Source: Octopus sinensis
Taxonomy: Eukaryota
Length of the DNA stretch: 64,000 nt
Assembly: GCF_006345805.1 (NCBI RefSeq)
Contig: NC_043005.1
Coordinates: 104,098,001-104,162,000, forward strand
Direction of reading: 5' to 3'
Shown here: positions 12,006 through 26,339 of the stretch, piece after piece
Position numbering within the stretch: position 1 is the stretch's first letter
Layout: each line of letters starts with the position of its first letter
Program-made: the position numbers and the translations under genes
The notes under the pieces: model-generated
Told to the model about the DNA's origin: nothing
The model's input: the letters and a program-made list of their open reading frames with translations, nothing else
The model's database searches: none

Positions 12006-12071
<66 letters not shown>

Positions 12072-12074
12072 GAT

Positions 12075-12255
12075 TGACCGGTTTCCGCAAAAGTTTTTTT
12101 ATTCTTTCTGCTTATTTTCCCGTGTTCCTTTCTGTTGAAGAGCGTAGGCTCGAAACGTGGAAGACTTTCTCACCTTCCGAGCGTTAAACTAACACACATG
12201 TTTATTGTTTACGCATCTGTCTTTGTGTTTTGGTTTTTGTAAATTCGGACTATAT
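12075..12255 (+). mobile_element. Solo pLTR of the Penelope family at 1935-2100 with hammerhead motif (12128-12163)
   Basis: ctttctgttgaagagcgtaggctcgaaacgtggaagac is nearly identical to the reverse complement of 2033-2070, and the downstream gagcg..aaactaa..tgtttattgttt..ctgtctttgtgttttg is also homologous. The cleavage triplet is mutated to GUG. Confidence 0.75.
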
Positions 12256-12287
12256 GTGCGTGTGTGTGTGTATTTATATATATATAC

Positions 12288-12560
12288 TTCATTTTCCGTC
12301 GGCTCCAGCTCGTATCCGAGCATTGGGTTCGTCAGTTTCTATCCAATCTCCTCGGCTGATGTTTGTGCCGAATGTGATTTTGGAGTCCAAGTCAATGGTG
12401 GCAGAGTCGTGCGCAGAATTCTCCCAGGATGGTCGGTGGGGTCGAGGGTGTTGAAGACGCTCCTTTCTTCTGCGTTTTTCTTCCTCATTCTGTCTTCTGT
12501 TCTCCTCGAAAAAGCGGGCGCCATTGCGGATAGCAGTCCTCCAGGCTGTCCTATCCATGA
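12288..12560 (-). mobile_element. RTE LINE 3' fragment
   Basis: DRTAWRTAIRNGARFFEENRRQNEEEKRRRKER followed (shifted frame) by FCARLCHH*LGLQNHIRHKH, a C2H2 finger like that of the element at 1-834. Confidence 0.75.
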
Positions 12561-12587
12561 GATATATCGATATTAATGATACACACA

Positions 12588-12630
<43 letters not shown>

Positions 12631-12727
12631 GACACACACGCACACACGCACATGTATATTTATTCATATATATATTCATATCTATCTGTCTATCTCTCTC
12701 TTTTCCTCTCTGTTTATATATATATGT

Positions 12728-13075
12728 TCTTTTGCTCTTTTACTTCTTTCAGTCGTTTCATTGCGGCCATGCTGGAGCACCACCTTAAGGGTTTTAGTCG
12801 AAGAAATCGACCCCAGGACTTTTTCTTTGTAAGCCTAGTACTTATTCTATCGGGCTCATTTGCTGAGCGGCTAATTTACGGAGAAATAAACACACCAGCA
12901 ACGGTTGTCAAACGATGTCAGGGGGAAAACACAGACACATACACACACACACACAGCCACACACAGACACGCACAGACACACAGACGCACACACACACAC
13001 ACATACATCTGCAACGGACTTCTTTCTGTTTACTTCTACCAAATCCAATCAAAGGCTTTGGTTGGCCCGAAGCCA
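12728..13075 (-). mobile_element. SINE family A copy (5' truncated)
   Basis: Reverse complement of the 9219-9656 body and tail. Confidence 0.8.
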
Positions 13076-13090
13076 TATATTATATATTAT

Positions 13091-13148
<58 letters not shown>

Positions 13149-13155
13149 CACACAC

Positions 13156-13247
<92 letters not shown>

Positions 13248-13864
13248 GTATGTATGTATGTAGTATGCATGTATGTATGTATGTATGTATTATGCATGTA
13301 TATATATATATATATATCAGTGATGGCGTGGATCACCGATTCAAACGGCTTCAGAGCCTCAAAACCTGTCTTAGTGGACAGCTTGAAATCTGCCATATAT
13401 ATTAGAATTGGTACGTTAAAGAATGCAAGCAGAAGAATTAAACAGTGGAAGACATTTTTAAAGTTCAACATGTTACTTTTCACTGCTGTTATTGTTGTCT
13501 AACTTCCAGCATTCTTTGTTAGAAACCAATTCCTTCTTTATAGGTAGACTTGGAATAATTAAGAAATAATACGGACTTAGGTACGGACAGATATATCTGA
13601 GAGTATGCCTATGTGTGAATGTATGTCAGTCTGTGTGTGTGTGTGTGAATGTATATGTGTGTAAGTGTGTGTGTGTGTGAATGTATGTTTGTCTAGTGTG
13701 CGCTGTAAGAATCTCAGCGAAGTTATTGGAAATCAGTGAGTGCAATCAATGCAATGGTTTTTACGTCTTAAGCTTCTTTCGTCTGCTTTTTCAGAATATA
13801 CTGGAATATATCATTTGAGAATAGGTCTACGTGATTACACACACACACACACACCACACACCAC

Positions 13865-13897
<33 letters not shown>

Positions 13898-14242
13898 TAC
13901 TCTCAAACACATAGACACACAAGTGTGTATATATGAGTAAAAAATCTATTACCACACACATATACACAGAAAAATCTATATTTTCCCAAAAGTGCGAATA
14001 CACCCATCAACACGCAGGAACGTTCATACATGCGCAAACACACATACATATATATACAAATAAACATGTATACATACACATCGACATATTCTTTTTCTTT
14101 TAAAATACATATGTAAGTACATAACGCAATACACACACATACTTTTCCTCTCTCTCTATCTCTCTCTCTCTCTCTTTTGTTTCTTCTATGTTACATATAT
14201 ATATAGATATGCACAGACAGATATATATATATATGCACAGAC

Positions 14243-14277
<35 letters not shown>

Positions 14278-14366
14278 TATATATATATATATATACGAGA
14301 GGCAGAGAGAGACTGACAGACAGACATGTAGATAGATGTCATACCTGTCTATATCACTATACGTAC

Positions 14367-14408
<42 letters not shown>

Positions 14409-14571
14409 GTACATATGTGCTTGCGTGCGTGTGTGTGTCTATGAAAGTATATGTGCATGGCATATGTCTACAATACATACATATATATTACTCTCTCTCA
14501 ATCTCTCTCTCTATCAATCTGTCTGTCTATCTATCTATCTATCAATTTATCTATCAATCTATCTATCAATC

Positions 14572-14661
<90 letters not shown>

Positions 14662-15037
14662 ATCTGTCTGTCTGTCTATCTATCTCTCTATCTGTCTGTC
14701 TATTAGCCTATCTGTCTATTTATTTATACACAAATGTATGGGTATGTATATATATATGAGTGTTGTTTTCTACCTGCACTTAAATGTTTATAAATCTTTC
14801 AAATTTTGTGTGTTGTGTATATAAATATGTATGTGTATACATATATAGTATATATATATATGTATATATATATAATATATATATGTATATATATATATTA
14901 TATACATACATACATATAAGTAATATATATACTTATATGTATGTATGTATGTATGTATGATGTTGTATGTATATGTATATATATATATATGTGTGTCTAT
15001 AATAATATATATATATATGTCTATATATAAGTCTCTT

Positions 15038-15078
<41 letters not shown>

Positions 15079-15729
15079 GTATATATATGCATGTATGTAT
15101 GTATGCATATATTTGTGTATTTGTGTATACATTCCAGAGCATGAATATAACAAAGCCAGCATATTGTGCACCTAATGACCTGTATTGTAAGGGATAAGTA
15201 CCTTAAGAAATTCTCGCCACTTGTGTAATGGATAAAAATCATGATATTTTTAATTATGAAGCTGTGTCTATAGAAAGGTTTTCGGCTTTCACTTAGCACG
15301 GTAGTGTTCGTGACTAAGGGGGACTGGTGGCGCGGTGTTCATGACTAAGTGGGGGAGATTTTACTTTCAGAAATAACACCATACATACATACAGGCATAC
15401 AGACAGACAGACATAAACATACAGGCGCGCACACACCTACACGCATACACGCGCGCAACACACATGCGCACGCACACACGCGCGCACAATCTCTCATATA
15501 TATTTCTGCTTATTACTATATATACAATTACATATATACGTATACACGTGCATATACAAACATGAATGCGTATACACATACCTATATATGTGTCAGTGTG
15601 TGTGTGTTTATGTGTATATCTGACTGCGTGTACATACATATGTTTATATATATATATATATGCATATGTATATATATATACAATACCATAGAATATTATA
15701 TATAGGTATATATATATATATTATATATA

Positions 15730-15838
<109 letters not shown>

Positions 15839-16101
15839 TTATATAGATGTATTCATATATGTATACTCACACACACATATGGATACATATATATTTATAC
15901 ATACGTACATATGCATATATATTTATATTTGCTTGTATAAGTATAAATATATTGTATATATTAGTGAGTGTATACATATAGATAGATATGTAATATTTTT
16001 GTGTATGTATGTATGAATAAACATATATATAACATATATATATATATATATATACATTATTATATATACATATATATTGATACATATGATACACATATGT
16101 A

Positions 16102-16150
<49 letters not shown>

Positions 16151-16889
16151 ACACACACACACTTCCTCACGTAGTCTAATGCGCTAAATTATGTAGATTC
16201 ACTGTATAGTGAACATTATACACTCTTTGTATTGACATTAGCAAACAACAGCTTGGCGTCCTCTCTATAATATCGATGATACAATAACGCTGGTGGTGAT
16301 GGTCATGGCGGTGGTGGTGGTGGATGCTAGTGATTGTGATGATGCTGGTGTGGGAGACGACGTGGTGTTGTCTCTGGTGTTTGTGTTCGAGGTGGTGATG
16401 ATTGTGATGGTAATGACTAGGCTTGTGTGTGTGTGTGTGTGTGTTGTGAAATGGTGATGTGATAGAACGTTGGTGTTGTGGTTGGGGTTATGGTTGCTAG
16501 TGGTATTGTGGCTGCAGTGGTGGTCTTAGTAAGGGTGGTGGTGTGTTATGGAGTTTGTGCTGTTTGTAATGATGGTAGCGATGGTGGTGGCGAGGGTTCT
16601 AATAATAGTGTTTCAGAAAGTGCTTCGTGTTTGTGGTCGCGATCTATTTAGGAGGTGATGATGGTGATGACATAATCAGAATGGTGATGAGGATGGTGAT
16701 GATGATGAGGATGATGGTAGCGGCGACGGCGGCGTGCGGTAGTGGGGTTATGGCGGTGGCTGCGGCGGTGGTGTGTGCTGTTAATATGTGACGGTAATTT
16801 TATGGTGGTGGAGTGGCTGTTATTTTTCAGGAATGCAGAAACAAGGGAAGTCGATGAGGGTTTCTTTTCACAGTGAAACGAAACGGATA

Positions 16890-17079
16890 AATCAACATCA
16901 TGGTCGTAGTCGTCATCCTCATCATCCTCATCATCCTCATCATCATCATCATCATCATCATCATCGTCGTCGTCGTCGTCGTCATCATCGTCATCACCAC
17001 CATCATCATCATCATCATCATCATCATCGTCATCATATCATCATCATCATCATCATCATCATTATTATTATTATTATTA

Positions 17080-17119
<40 letters not shown>

Positions 17120-17238
17120 TGTAGTAATGATAGTTGCTGTAGCTGTAGCAGCAGCAGCAGTCGCAGCAGCAGTCGTACCACAAGCAGCAATATCAATAGT
17201 AGCTGAGAATGATGATGCTGTCGTTGTTGTTGTTGTTA

Positions 17239-17293
<55 letters not shown>

Positions 17294-17427
17294 CGATGAC
17301 GATGACGATGATGATGGTGATGATGATGATGATGACGATGACTATGACGATGATGATGGTGATGATGATGATAATGGTGATGATGATGATGATGATGACG
17401 ATGACGATGACTATGACGATGATGATG

Positions 17428-17458
<31 letters not shown>

Positions 17459-17725
17459 CGATGATGATGATGGTGATGATGATGATGATGATGATGGTGA
17501 TGATGACGATGATGATGATGGTGATGATGACGATGATGATGATGGTGATGATGATGATGATGATGATGGTGATGATGATGGTGATGATGGTGATGATGAT
17601 GGTGATGATGATGGCGATGATGATGATGATGATGATGATGATGGCAATGATGATGATGATGATGATGGTGATGATGATGGTGATGACGACGGCTAGGACG
17701 ATGAGGATGAGAAATGATGATGATG
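16890..17725. repeat. Compound trinucleotide microsatellite (CAT/ATT/GAT-GAC-GGT)
   Basis: Direct reading of the sequence; it produces the spurious poly-His/Ile/Leu/Asp ORFs. Confidence 0.95.
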
Positions 17726-18204
17726 CTGGTAGTGGTTTTAATTGAGGCAGTGTTGCTAATAGATACGCAAGATGATGCCAGAATTGGTATTGGTGCTAGT
17801 ACAGTTGGCGAGGTGAGTGGAGAAGGAAGGGGTAGCAATGGCGGTGACGGTGGTTGGAGCCGAAAGTATTGGATTTCGCTCTTGTTTAGCCTCCAGCTCA
17901 GCCCTGTTTAAACAAACCTTTGATGCAAGGTGTTCAAACCGTTACCATGCCATTTTTTTTTTACACGTCCAAGTAACTCAGAGGCATATCACCCAACATA
18001 ATCTTTCTTGAAATGGTGAGATCTCATTAACGAGGTAGAGAGTCTCTAAGAGGTCCGGTGACCACGTAAAGTTTCTGCTCGTATGTAGGCGCAAGCGTTT
18101 ATGATAGTTGGAGTGGTGTCGGTGGCAGAAGTGTTTATGATGAGTAAGAGGAGAGAAAACAATAAACGCTAGTTATCTTTTATATCTGTACAGTGTACAC
18201 ACAC

Positions 18205-18390
18205 GTATACATAGTTCAAATTTACAGAGAACAAAAGACGAGGAGAGGTGAAGGAACAACAAGCAGGTGTACTAGTTTAACTCTCGGGAAGAATGGAAAT
18301 GTCTTTGACGTTTCGAGCTTACGCTCTTCGTCAGAGTGGAATAAAGCGGAGAGCGAAAAATGTGCAGAGATTAACGGTCCAACATGATGA
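18205..18390 (-). mobile_element. Solo Penelope pLTR with hammerhead core (18302-18337)
   Basis: Reverse complement reads CTGACGA A GAGC GTAA GCTC GAAAC GTC AAAGAC. The flank acaaaagacgagg..aggtg..aacaa is homologous to 1957-1990. Confidence 0.75.
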
Positions 18391-18594
18391 AATATATATA
18401 TATAAACACACACACACACACACACATACACACATATTCATAACGACACACACATTCATATACATGTATTATACAATAATGTAAACAAACTGGAGAAGAA
18501 AGAACTCACTCAACAGAGTAGAGTAGTTTAATAAAATGTTTTGCTCGGGATTGAAACTTCAGAAGTTGAGAATTGAAGATCCAGTTTAAAATAT

Positions 18595-18930
18595 GTTAGA
18601 CTGAGGAATTGCAGTATTTGTTCCAACTCTTCACGTTCGGTGTTTAAATAATTCCTAGGTCAACTTTGCTCTGCATTCTTTCGAAGTCGAAGCCCACCCG
18701 TAGAGCTCAGTCGATAGAGCATTAGACTTTTAAAGGTCAACCTTGGAAGTAATGTGGAGGTCATGGGTTCGATTCCCCCTGCAGGCGTATATCCTTTTAA
18801 TAAAAAATATTTTAATAAAAATTCTTTCGAAGTCGATAAAATAAAGTGCCAGTCAAATCCTGAGGTCGATGTCATCAACTATTTCCCACTAAAACTGTTG
18901 GCGTTGTACTTGAATTAGAAAGAATTATAT
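18595..18930 (+). mobile_element. SINE family B copy interrupted by a tRNA retrocopy
   Basis: ggtcaactttgc..cattctttcgaagtcgataaaataaagtgccagt..ggtcgatgtcatcaact matches 55122-55348. Confidence 0.7.
18696..18787 (+). tRNA. tRNA-Lys(TTT) pseudogene/retrocopy retaining a 19-nt intron
   Basis: D arm GCTC AGTCGATA GAGC, anticodon TTT at 18729-31, intron 18733-18751 after position 37, T arm GGGTTCGATTCCC. Acceptor and anticodon stems carry mismatches. Confidence 0.8.
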
Positions 18931-19555
18931 GAGAGTACAAATGGGACCCTAAATTTTTAAGGCATTAATAGTTCCTCTCCTATAATTTCTGCTTTTAAAT
19001 GTTATCGGCACCAAAAATTTGTTGCATTCTTTTTGTAACGTTGGAACAAATACCAGATATATGGTTGGGAGATTATTGATTTCCTCCCATAATTTCTTCA
19101 TTGCGAACAATATTTTTATTTTTATTTCTATTGTTATTTTATTTTACCTTTTATTTGTTTATTTATTTATTTTTGATAAATCAATATATTTGGCCATCAA
19201 AAAGTAAACGATGATATTTAGTATACAAGAAATAACCTGTTTCATACACGTAACAGAACACGGACACACACATACGAAGACACGAAGATATAGACACAAA
19301 TTAATGCACTTACACACTTATCCATTCCCACATATGAGTACACTTATATATATATATTTGCACACACATTCAAACACACATATATTCTATGTATGTATAT
19401 ATGTATGTATGTATTTATGTATGTTTGTATGTATATATGTGTGTATGTTTACATATATATTTGCATACATACACATACATGTATATGTGTATACATACAT
19501 CCATACCCACACAACCGCACCAGCACACATTTATAATTGCATACATACATACATA

Positions 19556-19593
<38 letters not shown>

Positions 19594-19630
19594 TACATAC
19601 ATACACACACATACACACACACACACACAT

Positions 19631-19685
<55 letters not shown>

Positions 19686-22600
19686 AATACTATCTGTTCA
19701 TTTTCCATTCTTCTCCGCTCCCTTAACTTCCCCGTCTCTTCTCCCTCCCACCACCACCCTCCTCCCCCACTCTCTTTCCCTCTTTTTCTCATTTCCTCCA
19801 ACCCAACATTGTTAATTTGAAAAAGTTTAATATTTGTTCTATTGGCAAGTCTGAATATTTACTAAAACCTGAATCTGTCTGATGACCATTGTCTAAATCA
19901 ATAACACCACTTCCTATCGATTAGTCACCGTGTCATTAGCGGATCTATCGGACAAATATCCAACAGTTTAACAAAGAAAATGAAGCAAAATCGATTTCAT
20001 ATATGGACGCATGGTCTGAAATTTATATGAAAAAGCAAAATACGCACACAGCGACCATTGTGTGTTTGCAAGGAGATTGGTGCTGCAAATGATGGGGAAA
20101 TGATTTCACTACAGTATTGAACTTGAGTTCGTAGATTTTGTTGAATAATTTGAAATTATAGCGGTTGTTCTATACTGTTCATAATGTAAACGATAGTAGC
20201 GCCATGGAGTAAACCGTTATGGGTTCGGTCGACTTGCTAGAAATAATGTTCAATTCTCCTTCAAGTTGTATCCTGCGAAAGTGTAAGATAGGTTTTAGTC
20301 TGGCTTGGGCAGAAATGGTTGCAATTGGAAAGGTCTTAGGCACTAACCACCACCACCACCACCACCACCACCGCCGCCAGCCATGACACAGCAACAACGA
20401 CTACAATGATGACGTCAAAAAGCCGACACTAGAAATAAGGATGTAATTCTCTCAATCACAGCCCTAAACCCTTTTCGAAAATGCATAGGACAATGTAGAG
20501 ACGGAACGGTCACGGTTGGAACAAGTTTCATCATGCACCGTTTTCATCAGAGAAGGATTAGAAGTTAGTCTTCACTACCACCACGACTACGATAACGGCG
20601 ACGACCACCACAACCACCACCACCACCACCACACCACCACCATCATCAACACTATCATCAACACGAATACAACGACCACAGCCACTACCACCACCACCGA
20701 CAACAACAACACCGCCACCACTACCGCCAACGTTACCGCCACAACCACCGCCAACACCAACAACAACAACTACTACAACGACAACGGAAGGAAATTAATT
20801 TCTTAAACACAAATTGCTAATTCAAAAGAGAGTGGGTAATTAGATTTCTGGAGCCTTCATATCTTTCTCAAAGACAATTGGTAAGTTCGCTCAAATTATA
20901 TTAACACTGGATCGAAACCAGATTATATACTCAGTCGATATATTATTTGTATTCTCCACAGCGCTTATGTATTAACACGTTAAAACTCTGGGACACTTTC
21001 TCTGACGATATCAGTTACAATGGCAGAAATGTCTCAAGGACCTGTAAAATGTTTCTTGATAATTTGGTAATCATGTATCAAAAATTCTTTAAGTTAAGTA
21101 GGGCTGTTCCATTAAGCCTAGATGTAGTTGTTGTTAGGATTTAGGTCAGCTGCAATAAATAGACCAAAAAGAAAAAAAAACGTAAGAAGAAAAAAGATAA
21201 AAACGGATCTGAACCGTGATTATGGCATTCTTTATAGGAGTACATTATCCAACGTGTCTTACTCTTTTTAAAGCAGTAAACTGAGATTTGAACAAGATTT
21301 AACTATTGTTTCCTATAAGTCGAGCAACCACGTAGAAAATGTTGGGCCATTTTGAACACAATAATCCACGAATCTGTAAAAGCCTTGATAAAATTGCTTA
21401 AGATATTCACTACTTCTGTATAATCGATAATCAAATAAGGCCATATCGACTAGTCATTCCTCGATCTATCAATAGTCTGGTGTTAGTCGAAAGCCATGTT
21501 TGATTAGTATCCACTATTTATCTTAATGGTTCATCGACAATAGATAAGTTGAAGAGTGACAAAATATTAGCCATGACTCAGTGCTCTAGCGGCTACCTGT
21601 AGCAAGGTAAATCTTTGCATATTGTTCGACTGGTTTAATTTATACTGAGCAAGAAAAAAAATCGACAAACGTATTTCTGTTCTTCCTATTAAGACCAAGA
21701 TCAATTGTGATCAAGCAAACTTATGATCAAAGAGTTCTAATCGAAACCATCACAAATTATTTTCAGATATTATATAAAACATGTATATCATGTAAGATTG
21801 TGAGGTGTGACTCGGAAACTATTTTTAGCAGGTCGTGTGACTGCCTAGAGGCTCTTTCACTGATTCAATGACAAACGTGTATATACGGATGGTATTCGTC
21901 TCGTAACTATATTTCACCTTGAAAACAGAACTGTACTCTGAAAGAGATAAATTTTTATTAATTTCATTTCAATAAAGATCGAAAGAATTAAATTACTTGA
22001 AGAATTATATTAAGTCGTCAATTTCATTTAGAATGTTGATTTTATTTATTGTTGCAGCAATCAACATTTTGTCTTCGTATTGTATGTTATAGATTTATCG
22101 CAGTTGAGGACAACTCAATCAGAGCTACTGACCATCATCGTGTATACTTGTTAAATGTCTGTAAATTAAGTTGAACAATTGGAAAATTTCAAAGCTAAAT
22201 ATACAGGAAACTGAACCAGGAAGTCAGAGACAAAATTCCCAAAACACTAATACAGATTAATTTTGAAAACATATTTCTGTGAAACAGACCAGCGCACATT
22301 GTTGTAAGATTGAGTAAGTGGGCTAGATTAATATCATCAGGTAAATTATTCGAGAAACTGAGTTTTTAGAAGAAAAATGAAACCTCTGGTTATAAATGTC
22401 TTGTTTCAAGATCTTGGGTTATAATTTTTTTCTAGCATTTGTTGTGTTTTTTGTTTGTTTGTATCACATTAATATATTTTCAGTTGGTTTGTCTTTTATT
22501 TTTAGCCCAAAGTTTTACTTTTCTAAAACAACCCAGGCCCTGCATTTACAGTGTTTTCTATCGAAGTACTTACTAAATTGATTCTTGTTACCGCCATAAA

Positions 22601-23364
22601 GCTCAGAACGAAGATAAAAATTGAGTATGTTTATGGGGATGTCACAGCATGTTCACAGTCTCTGGCTGAAACGAGTAAAAGTGAATAGGCAGGAAGTGTA
22701 TGTAGTTAAAAACGCGAACAGGATATGTAAATAACTGAAGATGGAGACATGAAGTATTTACAGCGAAAGAAATTGACAAATGGTATATAGAGAGAGACAG
22801 ACAGGAACTGTTTATAGCAGAAGCGAGAACAAGGTTAGTGGAGAGAAACCTGTCCTTTGCGAGTGAAAAGTCTCCCACTTGTGGAGTCTCTAAAAGTTCA
22901 TTTAAGCCTGATTTCAAAACGTATTTAATATAATATGTATACAAATAAGGTATTTAACCATGAATTTTGGCTCAAGGCCAATTTCGGTGAGGGCGGCGAA
23001 AAAGTTAATTACATGGGCCCACTACCAGTTCAGTTGCTACTTATTTTATCGATCCCGAAATGTTGGAAGGCAAAGTCGACCCTGGAGGAATTTGAATGCA
23101 GAACGTATATATGCCACCAGGGCTCTTGTGCGCGTCCTCTTCGCACCTAATGCTACAAAGGTTCATCTTCACTCAATATAATTTGAATCACACAGAATGA
23201 AGTACCTGCTCAGACTCAAAGGAAACTCTACTTGCGTATGCATAAGATAATGTAATTAGTACCGATATATTTATATGCCTTGAACATATGTACCTATGCA
23301 CATCTGTAAAATTCTGTAAAATTCTCTATGAACTTTATAGCTATGTAATTTCTACCAAAATGAA

Positions 23365-23648
23365 AGTGCAATGGCCCAGTGGTTAGGGCAGCGGACTCGC
23401 AGTCGGAGGACCACGGTTTCGATTCCCAAACCGGGCGTTGTTTGTTTATTGAGCGAAAACACCTAAAAGCTCCCTGAGTCTCCGGCAGGTGGGAGGCGAC
23501 CCCCTGTTGTACTCTTTCGCCACAACTTTCTCTCACTCTCTCTTCCTGTTTCTTGAGTAACGCTGCGATGGACTGGCTGGAGGGAACACATACGCCACAG
23601 AAACTGGGAAACCGGACCCATGAGCCTGGCTAGGTTTGAAAAGGGCAA
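23365..23648 (+). mobile_element. tRNA-derived SINE (family C)
   Basis: A box tggcccagtggttagg, B box ggtttcgattccc and a 3' block ctgcgatggactggc...gaaaccgg typical of invertebrate SINE tails. Confidence 0.7.
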
Positions 23649-24414
23649 CGAATTTCTACCAAAATACTTATGCACCTAAGTATATACCTAAGCATTTTAT
23701 ATCTCATATATCTATATAATATGTACCTATGTACAATCACATACACACATATCTGTCCCCTTTTTAAAGGATCCTTTATCTATATACATTGTACATGGCA
23801 CATACAAAACTATTTCGCTGATAACTAAAAGAAGAGAGATATTTGTGTTCAGATTTCGTAAAGACAAATGGCGCATTTCTTCATCCGGGAACTTTAAATT
23901 ATGTACCAGAAATTAAATGGGATCACTTGAAATTTCTCTGCTTTCAAGTTCATAACGCTTAAAAGTCCTCGTTCAAGATCAATCCTTCCACATTGATCGC
24001 TCATTTGCAAACAAATTTCATCTTCACCTTCGCTCTGTTGTCCTTTTGTAATCCGTTTCTTCCATCTCTATCGTTCTTTCTGTTTTTTCCTTCTTCCATT
24101 CTTTCTTTCTTTACTATCTTCCGTTCTCCCTCTGCCAATCTTCTCCCTCTCAAAAACTGTACAAGTGTGCGCGCGCGCACACACACACACATATACCTTC
24201 TTTCTAAGACCCTCAGCACCTAATGTATATTACTTAGAGGCTCCTTCGTGACATGTAGCGTGTATTGAGCACACTATGTGACGAATAGATGAAAATGAAA
24301 ATTGATTTGGGAAGGTTCTAAAAGCAAAAGTGCAAAAAGCCAGAACAAGCAACTCAAAGCATTCTGTTTGCGACGCCCGACAAACTCATCGGTCTGTCTG
24401 GCTGCTGGCTGTCC

Positions 24415-24480
<66 letters not shown>

Positions 24481-24641
24481 GCACATACACATACACTATA
24501 CACATACACACATAAGTATATATATACGGTCTCACGATCACATAGGCACAACTAATCACCCCTCTCTCTTTCCTTTCCTCACTTTTTGTTCCCCTATTCA
24601 TACATATTCATATATACGTGTGTGTGTGTATACGTACACAC

Positions 24642-24677
<36 letters not shown>

Positions 24678-25078
24678 ATACGTACATATATATGTGTGTG
24701 TGTGTGTCCATGTATCTGCGTGTGGGAAGCGTGTGTGCGCGCGTGTGGATTTGTGCATATGTATATCGCTCACCTATCCTCCTTCCTCTCCTCCACCTGT
24801 AGTCGAGTGATTTACCAGTCAGCTGCTGTCAGTGATTCTAGCAATGAAATTTATGTTGTTAACAGTCAATTAGAGAAGAACATTATTTGACCAAAACATA
24901 AAGACTTCTCATCACATCTCTTTCTTTCCTTCTTTCTTTCTCTCTTTCTTTCTTTTTTTCTCAAACGGTCTCTGTATTTTACACATACATATATACGTGC
25001 ATACGTATGTATATGTCTCTGTATTTGTGTATGTATGCATATACACACATATGTACAATATATGTATATATATATATA

Positions 25079-25144
<66 letters not shown>

Positions 25145-26265
25145 TATATGCATATATGTATGTACATATGTATATATGTATATATACATGTGTGTATGTA
25201 TGTAAATATGAAAATATATATATTTTTATGCGTGTTTATATATGCAGATAGATATATATAGATATGTATATAAACATACATACTGACACGCCCACACAAA
25301 CATACACACATTAACAAGCAGACACACACGCACACACATACGTAAATTTGCGTTGGTATCGACCATTATTCGATCCGGTCACATCTAAATTGATGACACC
25401 ACCTGTTGAAGTTTCGTCTCATATTTTTGTGAGTTTGGGCGTTCGATCCCAATCACTTATGCTTGTTGATGACCGAGATGTTTCCAGTTTCGGTGCCTTA
25501 TCTTGTTTCCCTTGGGGATGTTATCCAAATACCTACTGACAATGACAGCAACTTTCTTGCGTCTTTGTTTTCGTGATAACGTTGATTAAAGCGGGAAAAT
25601 TTACGATAAAAAAAATAAATGTATCGCAATAAGGTTATAAAATGAGATCATTATAATGTGTGTGCGGCGGGGGGAATATGTATGTATGTATGTATGCATA
25701 TCATCATCATCATCATCATCACATCATCATCATCATCATCAAGTTGTTTAACTGGTGCCATTCTTGACAATTTTGCCGTCGCCACCGGTTTCTGTTCTCT
25801 GTTTTGCGGAGCAGGGACACTGCTTCGTGACCTGTTCAGTCCTTTATGTAGTCGCACCAGGAATTCTTTTTTCCTTCTTTAGTTGTGCCCTGAAGGATAG
25901 TTTTGGACAGGATTTTGTTGTGAGTAGCAGCCTTCTGAATCCCGTGTACTCAAATGCCTGGATTTGTCATTTAAATGATTCGAGTATTCATGAATAAAGT
26001 TTTTTAATCTGTGCATTAAATACACTTTGCCCCAATAGTAAATTATAAAGAAAATTTCGATAGCAGGACAAATGCTATACAACTCTAGTTCGAAAACAAC
26101 AGAAGGTTATTACGTGATAATCAACACTCTAAGCAAAAAGAATGGATGAAGTAGTCGAGCATTACAGCTGTTTCAGAAGATGCCTGTTACATAACATTAT
26201 GAATGTTTCATAGCTATTTTGGCCCGGGTTGAAATCTGGCAATAATAATAATGATGATGATGATG

Positions 26266-26321
<56 letters not shown>

Positions 26322-26339
26322 AAGGATGATGATGATAAT

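Larger units (their letters stand above)
17880..21860. repeat. Cluster of old copies of one interspersed repeat (about 17880-18070 +, 20200-20340 -, 20420-20530 -, 21135-21340 +, 21690-21860 +)
   Basis: Shared blocks such as acc(t)tatgatcaaa..gttc..aaccgt.accat and gtgagattt.a....gattt..ctattgtttctagcaggtcg..tgaccacgtaga. Related pieces also occur near 46270-46380 and 46880-46980. Confidence 0.5.

Noticed and set aside
15295-15356. Short direct repeat gtgttc(g/a)tgactaag
   Set aside because: Two copies only; an ordinary local duplication with no further structure seen.
16788-17696. 302-aa ORF with poly-His, hydrophobic stretch and poly-Asp (looks like an acidic biomineralisation protein)
   Set aside because: It is made entirely of abutting trinucleotide microsatellites that are open in several frames on both strands, starts at GTG, and has no splice or domain evidence.
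19875-20030. CTGATGACCAT...ATGGTCTGAAA possible long-range hammerhead
   Set aside because: Wrong register before GAAA and no helix I or III.
20515-20555. Minus-strand CTGATGA...GAAAC TT GTT resembling a hammerhead core
   Set aside because: No pairable helix II or helix I.
22091-22317. Possible exon between ttatag and GTAAGT
   Set aside because: The frame I read hits an early stop and there is no other support; a non-coding exon cannot be excluded.
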